From positions 23,498,001-23,562,000 of the forward strand of contig OZ241834.1 of NCBI GenBank assembly GCA_965202585.1: a DNA stretch of 64,000 bases, written 5' to 3'. Source of the stretch: Thalia democratica. Its lineage: Eukaryota. This document shows, piece after piece, positions 24,744-36,387 of the stretch. The translations under genes and the position numbers were made by a program. The stretch's first letter is position 1; the number at the start of each line of letters is the position of its first letter. A model generated the notes under the pieces. That model saw only the letters and a program-made list of their open reading frames with translations. It made no database searches and was not told the origin of the DNA.

Positions 24744-25999
24744 CTCTAGTTTTTAAAATTACGAATAAACTTTTATCGATTATTAGAACAAAACCAAGAT
24801 TTATTTTAGATTTATTTTTTAACTGTAAGCAAAGTATAGATATGAATTTTTCTAAAATAGTTTTATTTTTAAACTAGTTTAAAAAAAAAACTTATTGTTG
24901 CTATGAAAAATGTATTTCTTTATTATACAGTGATAAATGAGTAGGTACTCAATAAAAATCTAAATATTGTAATACAAGACTAACATAGCTAATAAAGAAT
25001 TTTTGTATGCTAACTAACCTAAGTACTGTTCAAAATATTTGTTACAGTTTATTAAACGGAATAAACTACAAGTGAACACTTAACTTCATATAATGAAATA
25101 CTTTAAACAATAGACAATGTAATGACACTCAATTTGTATAGAAGGGCTACATTTGTTTAACATTTAAATTTAACAAGAAAAACTCTTTTGAGCGTTGAAA
25201 ACTTAATATATTTCTAAAATGTCTATTGGAAAACTCTTAAATGTGTCAAAATACCATTTTATTGTAATTGAAACCACTTCTTACTTAACATTTTTTACTG
25301 ATTAACTCTTTAAAATTATTTTTACCAAAAACTAACAAATTAAATACAATAAAAAAGTAAACTTAAAAAACATTTAATAAATTACAAATAGCAATGCAAA
25401 AACTCACAAAAATAGAATCTATATATAAAAACATTAAGTGTAGCTCTTGAGCTTAATTCAAGACCAAGCTGGCGTTAAATTTTTCTTTTTCTAAATATAA
25501 AAATACAAAAGGAAGCAAAAGTTCTACCAGCTCACATTAAATTTACATAAATATTGTTTCACTTAGTAGTTTATAGTTTTCTTAACGACTGTTTTGCTGC
25601 ATTAAGGTTTATTTTTATGTTTTTTTACTAAAACAATTTCAAACATTTTCACTTATTTTAATTTTAAGACTGTCTTGAGTTTTAATCATTTTTAAACTTT
25701 GATGCTATAAGTCTAAATTATTTTTTAGTCTTATTTTTTTTCCAGAAAAAGAGAGCAATGTAATGTATGTTTTTAAGTACTTTAATGAATTGTTTTATAT
25801 TATAAATGAACACAAAGTACTTTTTACACATAATTATTTTATTTTTTACTCAGAAGATGTGCACTGACTTTGTACATCATTGTAAAAGTGTGCTCATATA
25901 CAAAATATTCTAAAATGGATATGTTAAAAAATACAGTTTTTCTAAATATTAAGAGTTTTTTTATCAGTAGCACAGTATAGTTTTCTGCGGCATTCTAGA

Positions 26000-28900
26000 C
26001 TAAGTGCGTTTAATCGTATGCGCATCTACAACTAGCTTGCCTAAGGACGTTCCAACAGCTGAACACATCTGAAAATTATAAAAATGTTTAGAACAATCTT
26101 TAGAAATTAAAAAAAACTTGTTAGTTTTTATAGATGTAATAGAACATAAAAAATAATAAAACTACTGTTTCTAATTAAAATAGCTGAGCACTAATACGTA
26201 AGCTTAATATATAATAATACAGTTGCTTGTTTAACAATATAGATAACAGGCGTTGTTATGTAAAATTTCAAACACTGAAATTAACAGTTCAGTAATACTT
26301 TCGATAATGGTTTAACAAATTGTACTTGAAATCTGTAAAAAGTTAAGCTTGTGAATCTATATAGAGTTAGCGTGAATTTAATATAAAAAAAATCATTCTT
26401 CAATATTATTTTGAAAAAAAAAAAAAACTTAGTTAGCTTAGAAAGAGATAATTTTAAAACAACTAACTCTGCTCTGGATGAAGTCTTGTACATTTTTACT
26501 AAAAATCCATGCTGCAGACTCTGTAATATCATCGTCAATACCAGCCATAAACCTAGTAGAAAAAAGTCCTTTTGGTTGGAAATATAGACTGCGCTTATAT
26601 ATTCTTGTAGAACAAGTTCCCGTCTGTATCTGATTTTTAAGTTGAATTAGAGTTTTGGAAATAAATATTTTTTCTACTATAAGTGTCTCTTTTATTGAAT
26701 ATATTTTGAAAGCTTTGAAGAGCTTTATACGTTTATAAATTTTTCTGCTTTATTTATATGTACACTTACTTTTCAGTCAATAATTGCAATTAATTTACAA
26801 ACCTTAGAAAGTAAATATATAAACAAACTTAGTTTGTTAAAGTAAAACATTATACATAGTTGAATATATTGTAACAGGTAAACTCTTTTAAATATTTTCA
26901 ATTAATATACAAAATTTGAGATTTAATTGTATATCATCATTTACAGTTCAAGCTTAATTTTACTGCAAGTAAAAAAATATATAATTTCTTAAAAAAACAA
27001 CTTGAAATGTATTAAAGGCGGGACACGTTCAAAATCCACCCGTGATCGAAATCCACCCGATCAAAATCCACCCAGTCAAATTCGAGAACCGCTTACCGAA
27101 CGATGGTAAGGGTTAGGGGTAACAGTGATAATGAGAAATAAATGAAAAATAAATAAATTAAATTCAAAAAAAAAAAAAAATTAGTAAATAAAGAAATTGT
27201 AAAAAAAAAATTGGGTGATTTTTGAACGCGGGTGGATTTTGATAGTTTACTATTAAAGGCTTCAATTATCAAAGTAGTGTGTTTTATTTTTCAAGTTTTG
27301 AAATCTCTTTGTTTCATTAATAGTAATTGTTTTAATATTTTTGCTAGTAACATAAACTTTCAAAAGTATGATAAAAAAGTTTTTGCTTGAAAACACTTAA
27401 GTAAATATAAAAAAACATGTTTTACCTCTTTGAATCTTCTAAACCTCCCTTCAAATATGAGATTGAGACTTTGAGATACAAAAACTCGTTTGAGAGAAAT
27501 AAAGGCTGTTGCTGACGCAGAGTAAGTTTTTGACCTGTTATAAGTTGTATTGAAGTACTGTAAATATATATATATATACATATGTTTAGTATAAAAATTT
27601 TAGTTAAAAAAAATCAAACAATTTAATATCAAATAAGTTGACATATTTGCAATGATTACAAAAATCATTGTTATTTGAAATTTAATCCTGTATACAGTAA
27701 TGTGTATAGAAGTTTTTTTTTTAAAGCTTCAATGTTTACCACAACTTTACTATGTTAGTGTCAAAGTTTAGATGATAATTGTATATGCAGTTTTTTTGAA
27801 ATATTTTTTCTACAAACAAGTATAATACAGACTTACGAAAAAATGAAAATTGCATAAAGTTTAACCAAAAAAAACAAAGAAAATAGCTTACTTTCGATAA
27901 AGTAGTTTATTTATTTTGTAACAAATAAACTCAAGTATTTTAATATTTTTTTGATTTAGTTTCTAATTTACCAACTAAAGGTTTTAACATTATTTAGGTT
28001 TTTTCTTAAAGCAAACTAATTATTTTTCTTACTAAGTAACTTTAACAAATGTTAATTCTTAAGACAAAGTTTAGAAATTAAATTTCAATGTTTTATTTTT
28101 TTACTTATTTAAAAAAAAATCTCTAAATTTTTTACCAGTATTGATACCACATATTCTAAACTTATTTATATTTATTATTAAAATTTGCTTTCACTAAAAC
28201 TTCTAAGGATTTAAATTTTACCCTTATTTACGTTTGATCAAACGATTTGTTTTATCTACCGATTTTATCTATTCGTTAACATACCCAATTTCTTTTGTTA
28301 CTTCTACACTCCCAGAAAGGTTTACTTCACCATTTAATAAGTAAGCTACATATTTAGATGCTGTGTTCTTTTTGATAAACATTTTGTCGGCCTTAAACGC
28401 GTTCACCTTTATGCTATTAAAATAAAGTGTTATAAAAATTTCTGTACAGATAAAAAATTATTATTATACATTTATGAAGTTTATTAAAAATGATAAGCTT
28501 TTATATTTTGAAACTTGCAATAAAAACGATATACAAGCAGAAGAAAAAAATTTAAGGCTTATTTTATAAACAAACATTAATTATAAATGGCTTTACACCA
28601 ATGTAGTTTAAATTAACACTTGCACAAGTTTGTCTTCAGAAATATATAAAAACTGCTTACAGTTTTTTGTTTTATAGTTTGTTGTTTTATTTTGATTATT
28701 TTTTGAACAATACTCAGTATATATTGATTATTGATTGAGGTGTAAAAAAATATTTACTTTGTTATTGAAAAGCCTATTCCATTTTGTTGATATCCTAAAG
28801 TTTTAGAGCCAACATTTATGCCTTTTACTTCTTTGATTATTTCACCTGTTCTTTCTGGGTATTCTTCTACAAAAAAGATACTCAATTATACTACAAAAAT

Positions 28901-29276
28901 CCTTGAGCTCAAACAACTTTTATTTTTAATAAACAAAAAATTCTTTTTTTAATATTCTTCAACAAAATGATATATTTTTAGTTTGTAGTTTTAGTTGTAA
29001 AACATAAATTAATAGCACTTTAGTTTTAAAAATTTTAAATCATCAAAACAATAATAGCATAATAAAAGTTATTCGGTTACATTTAGCACTTTTTAAAGTT
29101 ATGCTGAATACTTTGATGACATGTTTTTATATATTTACTAAAAAATGTTTTGTTTTTACTTAAACTTAAAAAGTTAAAACTTATTTACTTAAAATAACAA
29201 GCTTGTCATCGCCTTTTCTTTGTCCATAAGAAATACCAATTAAAAAAGTAACAAGCAAAAGTACTTTAGTCGTCAT
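26000..29276 (-). CDS. Secreted single-domain BPI/LBP-like (TULIP N-terminal domain) protein, six exons, 221 aa
   Basis: Exons 29276-29189, 28866-28758, 28413-28285, 27534-27426, 26629-26468 and 26068-26000 all have GT-AG boundaries with matching phases (666 nt, no internal stop). Protein: MTTKVLLLVTFLIGISYG|QRKGDD...FSITNIKVNAFKAD...LLNGEVNLSGSVEV...YSASATAFISLKRVFVSQSLNL...QTGTCSTRI...DFIQSRMCSAV...RT*. It has a signal peptide, a beta-strand pattern, and a Cys pair placed like the conserved BPI N-domain disulfide. The family call is by motif recall. Confidence 0.75.
27020..27250. mobile_element. Short non-autonomous element with subterminal inverted repeats and a GGGTTAGGG core (Helentron-associated/HINE-like), in a BPI-like intron
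   Basis: TCAAAATCCACCCG occurs in several direct copies at the left end and inverted (CGGGTGGATTTTGA) at the right end. The core is AAGGGTTAGGGGTAACAGTGATA, and TATTAAAGGC flanks both sides. Confidence 0.6.
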
Positions 29277-30980
29277 AATGCTAGATGGGATAATTCTTAT
29301 AATAACATTCATAAAAAGTTTTTCATATATAGTATATTCCGAAGAAAGTTGTTTCATAAGCTTTATTTAAGTTTCGTGTTTTTTAAAAGGAATTTAGTAG
29401 CCGAAACTAAAACACAAAATTTCTTTTTACACACAGTTTACTTGTTCCTAATGACTTAAGGGCACTAGTTTATAAAAAAATGATTAAGAGTTTTTAATAC
29501 TAAAATAAATTTATAATCTTTAGTAATATAATTCTACAATTCGTGTCAGTATTTCTTGTTTAGCAAACAAATTTTTGTTTTTCACAAACATTGTGGTATT
29601 TAAGTTTCGGCTACATTCACTTTCCTTACATAAATATTTTAAAAACGAAAGTAATAAGTATCTGTTTTAATGAAAGTAATTTCAAAGCTAAAACGACATT
29701 TAAAACAAGCAAATAGTAAACTACTAGTACTGATCAACTACGATACTAGCAGGTCCACGACAAAGCTAAAGTTATTGTTTTATGGAGAGTAAATCTAAAA
29801 CTGTAAATACATGTACTTACAAAATATACTTTAATAAACAATGTAAGTTTGATAAACTAATAAATGTTATGTAAAAAATATCAAACAAGTACTTTTTTTT
29901 GTTTCCTTAGCTGAAAAAGTTATACTTTTTAGTTACGTGAGTTAATAAAATGTTCAACTAAACATTGGATTATTTTGTTTATGTTTTAATTTAATTTAAT
30001 TCATTTTAAATTAAACAATTAAGATTAAACTTCAGCCTAAACTTTAACAAAGTTTGTAAATGGCAAACATATATAAGTTGCCAATATTTTAAAATTTATT
30101 CTTTTATTTAATTTAAACACATTGAAAGCGTGCAATAGTGCTACAAGCTTGAATAAAAGCTTTTGAAATCAAAAATTAAAGTTTTCACAAAAAGTGTTTT
30201 TCTACTAATTTTTATTTTGGTAATAAACAACATAAAAACTTTAATGGTTTCAAAGTTTGCTTTAAAGTTAGACATTTTTGGCAGGCTGCAGCTTTTAAAA
30301 TTTAAACCCAACAAATAAAAAAAACATACAAACAATTTGATTACGAAATATTTTAAACACTTTAGGTCTACCAATATAAACTAGATGTATAAATATGATA
30401 AATATGAGTTTTTTATTGCGATCATTGATTCATGCACGAGACATATTGTAAACTAATTAAAGTAAAATTATCAAATTGTTTTATTACTAATTATGATAAA
30501 ATGAGCAAAACCTTATAAATCCGCAGCAACCACTAAAACGGCGTGTATATACATAAAAATTTGAATATAAAACAAGAGTCGCCATGTGGAATCGGTTTAG
30601 ATACGACTTCATGTAACAACTATATAATGCTGTATTTTCTCTTGAGCCTGTATGAATAAATATTCAACTACAGCCAACAACACAAATGGGACTTGAACAT
30701 TTTGGCTGATGAAAAAGTATTTTAAAGCCTATTTCCACTTATTATTTTATCTTTATGCTATGTTTGTTTGATGTTTTGAATTTTTACCCAGACTCAAAAA
30801 ATAAATCGTTTCCCAGAAGCTAAAGATAACTTATTTCAAATATTAGTTCATTTCGCCAAACAATCATTAAATTTACGCTTTATTAATATACATATAGCAT
30901 TATAAAACTAAACATAATTATATAACTAAGTATTTTCATTTTGTCTTATTTTTATTGAGTGTTATATACACATCATTCTA

Positions 30981-33900
30981 CTAGTAGCACAACATGTTGT
31001 GGGTGCCCTTGTTGCTTCTCGGGTTCATCACCTTGCCCTCGTTCTTCGTGAACATGTCTAACAGAGCGTAACAGTTGTTGCGCATGTCTACCGCTAGGAT
31101 GCGCAGTTGCACAAACTCCTTCTCGTCCAGTTCCTCCAATGCGCGCGAGTAGTCCAGAACTCCCGGGTACTTGGACAGTCTGGACATCATTTCGGCCCTG
31201 GAAGATTAATAAAATGCTTGACTAAAAAGTTTTTGATTAGAATATCGAAAAAACCTCTCGTAAAACTATTTTTTAGAATATTTTTTTTCAAATTGTTTAA
31301 TGCAGTTCTTGTTTACTTTACTACAAAGCATTTAATAAAAGTTTATAGAAAATGTTTGTTTATACTATCAAATCACAGATATGTATCTCCGATTTTCTAA
31401 ACATAACTGTACAGAACGTCGACGAAGTTTTAAAACAACAATTAAGTTTAGAAACATTTGCTTAACATCGAAAATCAAAAAACCAATAGTTCGCATCACA
31501 TTACATCACAAATACAAAAAAAAAACAGATATTCATTTTATAAAAACCAAATAGTTTCCAATTTTGCTTACAGTTGTTTAAACGCTTAAAGGCAACATCT
31601 AAGCAAATAAAGTTTCATTAGCAACATTTTATAAGAGTTTATAAAAGCACATATTATAACGTATCAAATAGATAGAATAGTATAGTCATTACAATAAAAA
31701 CACATAGAAATACAGTGTATTCACTCACCAGGTCAGGTAGTATGAAAGAAATTAAAAAAAACAAAAGTTTTTATTGCAGTACAAACACATGCAAAATAGA
31801 ATATCAACTGTCACCTGGTCAAGTGGTATATGGAGAGGGCCTGCATGCTGGCACTGGACTCCGTTTCCAGCCTCTTCACCATCTCTATTATCTCGTTCTG
31901 CACCTGGACCCCGAAATTGTTCCCATCCTGCATCTCGGGTATCAGGAGTTTCAACCAAGTCCTCACGGTAAGGCAGCTCTCCAGGATTTCAACCAATAAA
32001 GGTTTCAGGTTCTCCTCCATTCGGCCTATTATCGGGTTGACCTTAAAAAAATTTTTTTTGACAAGATATACACCGATTAAGTTGCTAATATATTTCATCT
32101 GTATGTTTGTACAACATTGTATCGAGTCGACTTCCAAGAAATGAAAAATTGTAGTAATTTGAAAGGATACACGTTTTTTATACTTTTGATATTTAATATG
32201 AAAATTCAAAATAATTCATTTTTGTAGTTTTAAAATAGTGCACTTATTTATCTTCAAACTTTTGACATGATGTAAATAAAAGTGTCAAAAATAGAAAAAA
32301 ATCAAACGCAGACCTGGAGCTGGTTGATGGCGTTGCTTATCTCGATTTGCGCCTTCTTCACCTCTTGGTCGCCACCATGTGGCACCTGCTCGTCATCCGA
32401 ATCGTCATCGCTGTCGCAAGCAGGCGCTGCGCGTCCGGAGGAAGACGTCGAAGACACTTGACCCTGGTGGTTTGATTATTGCGATTAGGAAAAAAAGAAG
32501 CAAATGTTGGGCGTTTTCCTAACCGGATGGGTGTCACAAATGCACGGAAAGTCACTTTTTCACGAACCGATGTTTTTGTAATTAAAAAATTCCAAATTTA
32601 AAATGAACTAGTAATTTTTTCTTATTGGAAAACCACGTTTTAAAGAAAAATTCTTAAATGACAAAAAAAACTTAATTAGAACATTCGAACCTCGTGCATT
32701 TGCGACCCGTGCTCGTCCTCATCATAAGTAACTATGAGATGTTTAGATATTTGTTAATTAGTTTCTCATTTTATTCTTAAGTTGTTTGTAAACTTATCTC
32801 AGTATCTATTGCATTTAAATCATGTTTAAAGCTAGTAAAGGAATTATATAAACTATTTTTATATAAAAAATTGTATAATATAAAACAGCTTATAGTATGA
32901 GAGATTGAAAATTAATTGTATATTATAAAATTAAAAATTTTATAGTATAATTTATTTCAGTACTTAAACTTTACTTAAACAACGAATACTCAACCGTAGC
33001 AAACAAAGTTCATTACTTAAGCAACTCTGTGAATAAAAAATAATGTCCAGGCTTTGATGCTAAATACCTTGCTAGAGTCTATTGTTTTTATTATTGATAA
33101 GTAAATAAAAAAGTTTATTTTGTACTACAAACTCCTTCAATTTTTCTTTTTTTAGTTCCACGTGTTGTCACCGACCCGACACTCATTGCGTCTTCTTGTT
33201 TTATTTTTCTGTTTTTTCTTTTTATTTGCTCGTTCCTGGCAGCGACCAAAATCAGCTTTTTATCCATCAAACTAAAAATAAATAAAAAACTGAAACTTTT
33301 GTTGTTAAATAGTTTTGTTAGTTATCATAAAGCTGTTACTACAGAAAACGTTGTTGTTTTAAGTAAAAATACCAAAATCAAATAGACTTTATGCTTTGGT
33401 TTAGTTAGTAAGTGCTACCTAAAAAAACTAATTAGTTCTTTTCAAAAGTTGGTTTAATTAAAAGATTTGGTTGAATGGAAAGTTTTTGATTTTATCTATT
33501 TTGTTCATTTTTAGAATTAAAACAAGGCAGTATTGTATTTTACAATAGCTTGAAGCTAAAACAAATCGACTTAGGTAAAAATATTGGTCATAAACGATAC
33601 TAACTGTTACAAAAACAATAGACTCATTACTTTATGCAGTTGATTTTAAAAATATCAAATTAAAATAACATGAATAAAGTTGCTTTAAAAAAAAATAATG
33701 ACCGTTGAGGAGTTGAGCTTTTTTAAGTATTAAATTGAAAATAATAAAAATAATTAAAAAATTTGATGTTTTTCTCTTTAACAAACGTTAAAATAAATGA
33801 AAAAGTGTAAGCAGATTTCAAAATAATAAACATAGCACAAACGTTTTGAATCCGTCTTTAACGGCTTGAGTGGCGGCCTTCTTGGAGTTCCTGTTGAACT

Positions 33901-34006
33901 CTTCCAACATGAGCATCTTGTCGAAGCCGTGGCACACCGACGGAATGACGACTTTCAAAACGTCGGGAGCTTCCTTGTGGAGTCTGTCTTGGTATTTTGA
34001 TGCCAT
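30981..34006 (-). CDS. PSME3: Proteasome activator PA28/REG (PSME3-like), six exons, ~313 aa
   Basis: Exons 34006-33843, 33271-33129 (or to 33133), 32731-32691, 32463-32314, 32041-31815 and 31197-30981. PA28-beta domain: LKPLLVEILESCLTVRTWLKLLIPEMQDGNNFGVQVQ...YHLTRAEMMSRLSKYPGVLDY...LDEKEF..LR..D.RN. An NLS-like KKRKIE lies in the linker. The paralogue assignment is tentative. Confidence 0.88.
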
Positions 34007-36373
34007 CGCGGTAGGTTGTAGGTGAAATCAGACTTTTGAAAATTAAATCGTTGCGTTAACTTTTTAAAAGTAGTGTTTTATGACGTAGATTTGTAAAAAA
34101 AAAGTTGCAAAAAATGTTTTTGTAATTTTTGCTAATTTAGAAATTTTACTAATTTACAATAACATAAGGTAAATTTATTATCAACATTTTTAAGTACATC
34201 TTAATAATTTATTGATCACAAAATTAAGAAAAGTATAAAAATAAAACGATAAGGCTTGTTTAGAGGTGCTTAAGTCCTAGACAATACGTTAAAGTGTATC
34301 CAAGTGGTGTACGACTAGATAACCGAAAGGTTTTTTTGTACATCCAGGTCCTAGGACCAATTATTTCTTGTCGTTCAATAAACCGAATATCTAACCATTG
34401 ATAGTGAAAAACTTTTTAAGCGGTATGGCATACTAAAATAAATTAACACAAAGAACTAAAAATTAGACAAAATTTTTTTTGGTAAATGTAGACATTATAA
34501 TTAGAATCTAAAAGTATACGGTATGAGATTATATAAATAAAACTTCTATATCTACTAGGTGTAAATGAAAGACTAAATTAAGTAAACTATATGTTTTTAG
34601 AAGTTAAGTAGTAAAGCTAGAAAACTTTAGAATGTGTTTATTTATTTATTTTATTCTTAACTGGTCTAATAATATGATAGTTAAGTATAATGTCCTTTTT
34701 GCAAAGTTTTTTACTTAGCTACAAATTTTTACAAACAAAACTATCCAAATGTGTTTGCATAAAAATAAATTTTTAGTCAATTATGTTTGTAAAAAAGTGA
34801 ATGATGTTTAAAAGAAACTGTTTTTAAAAACAATATAACAGTTTTTTATTCGAATTTATTTTTTCCGGTTCAAAACTTTTGAAAGAAATTAAGTTTAAAA
34901 AGTTGAATAAACAGCAACAAAGCAAAAACTTTAACTTTAAAATAAACTATACACGAGTACATATAAAAAGTATCGGGAAAGGTTGGCTATTAAATTATTA
35001 AATGTTTTTATAAATACATCAGTATTTGTTAAAACTGAAAAAAAAATTAATAAGTTTAATAACTAATAGTTTGGTTTATAGCTTTCGAAATAACCTTTTC
35101 GCTAAAGTTTTTAGGTTTTTTTATTATAAAATTGACAAAAGAAAATCTCTAATAAACTTTTAATTACCTAATGTTTTAATAAACAAAGTCTATAACCATT
35201 TTAGTTGCTTTATTCAGTTGTTCTTAAAATTCAGACTATTTTGGTCAAAAATAACTACTGTGTGTGCAAAGAGCATTTAGAAAAAAATTTAAACAATTAC
35301 TGAGTTTTTTACATTTTTAATATTATATAATAAGTTTAGTGCGAGTATTTAAGTAACTTTATAATAAAAATGAGTTAAAATACAAATACTTTATTTTAAA
35401 AAAAAATTATTGAAAAAATATTATATTCAAACTCCTTTTCGTTAAGTTTTTAAGTGTTCAAGTTTTTTTTTCTTAAAGGTTAATAAAACCTGGCTTAAGA
35501 TATATGACAAGTTCATGAGTTTTTAAGTCTATAGGTAAGTTATAGATAACACTTTAAAGCATATAGAAATATGATTTTGTTTGAATAGTTACATAACTAT
35601 TATCATAAGGTTTTATCAAAACAACAATTGCAGTGTGTTCAATTTTATTTCATTGTTGCGTTCCTCTGTGCAGTGACAACGATAATATATTAAATCTTTT
35701 GAACCTTATATAATTTTTATAATCAAATGAAGTTTGAAGTATCTAAACAGCCGTATATTAACTCACGACTAGCCATATTTTGGGTTTTTAAGATTCTACA
35801 GCCTAAATTGTTATACATGATCTAATTTTGTTATAAAAAACTTTTACTATTTGTCAAATAAAAGCTTGGGCCTAAAAATAGTACAGAAAATGTTGAGCTT
35901 TAGTACTTTTATAGTGTTTTGATTGAATAATAAACTTATAAAAAAGTATCAATAAATACCGTTTACTTAGGTTACGGTATTGAGTTGTTAAAAAATTTTA
36001 AGGCAAAAGATTATAAGTTGATAATCAAGATTTAAGTTTCTAATTAAGTAAAAAAAAAAAGTATGCATTGTACCTTAATACTCAAATAAAGCTAAAATAC
36101 TACAAGCTACAAAAAAAAATTAGATGGGTTTATGTTTAGTCTTAAAACTATAAACTTATCCAAACTTAAGTAATCTCAAAAACTATCGAAAAATTCTGAA
36201 ACCATATTTTTAAAATTAAGTTAGTATTTAGCAATAAATTCATTTTTTGTTTCAAACATTGAAAAATCTGTTTACAGTTTTTTAGCGCTGCAAGCGGCGC
36301 TTTTCAAAAATCAATCACACTCGCGAGGGTTAATTCTCTTTCAACAAAGCATGTGTTAAGAAACGAGAGAGCG

Positions 36374-36387
36374 ACTGCCATAGTAAC
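36374..36387. promoter_or_regulatory. Candidate RFX X-box in a locally GC-richer island (~36285-36530)
   Basis: ACTGCCATAGTAAC versus the X-box GTTGCCATAGTAAC, with an intact RGYAAC half-site. It lies 3.3 kb upstream of the ERICH3-like ATG. Confidence 0.3.
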
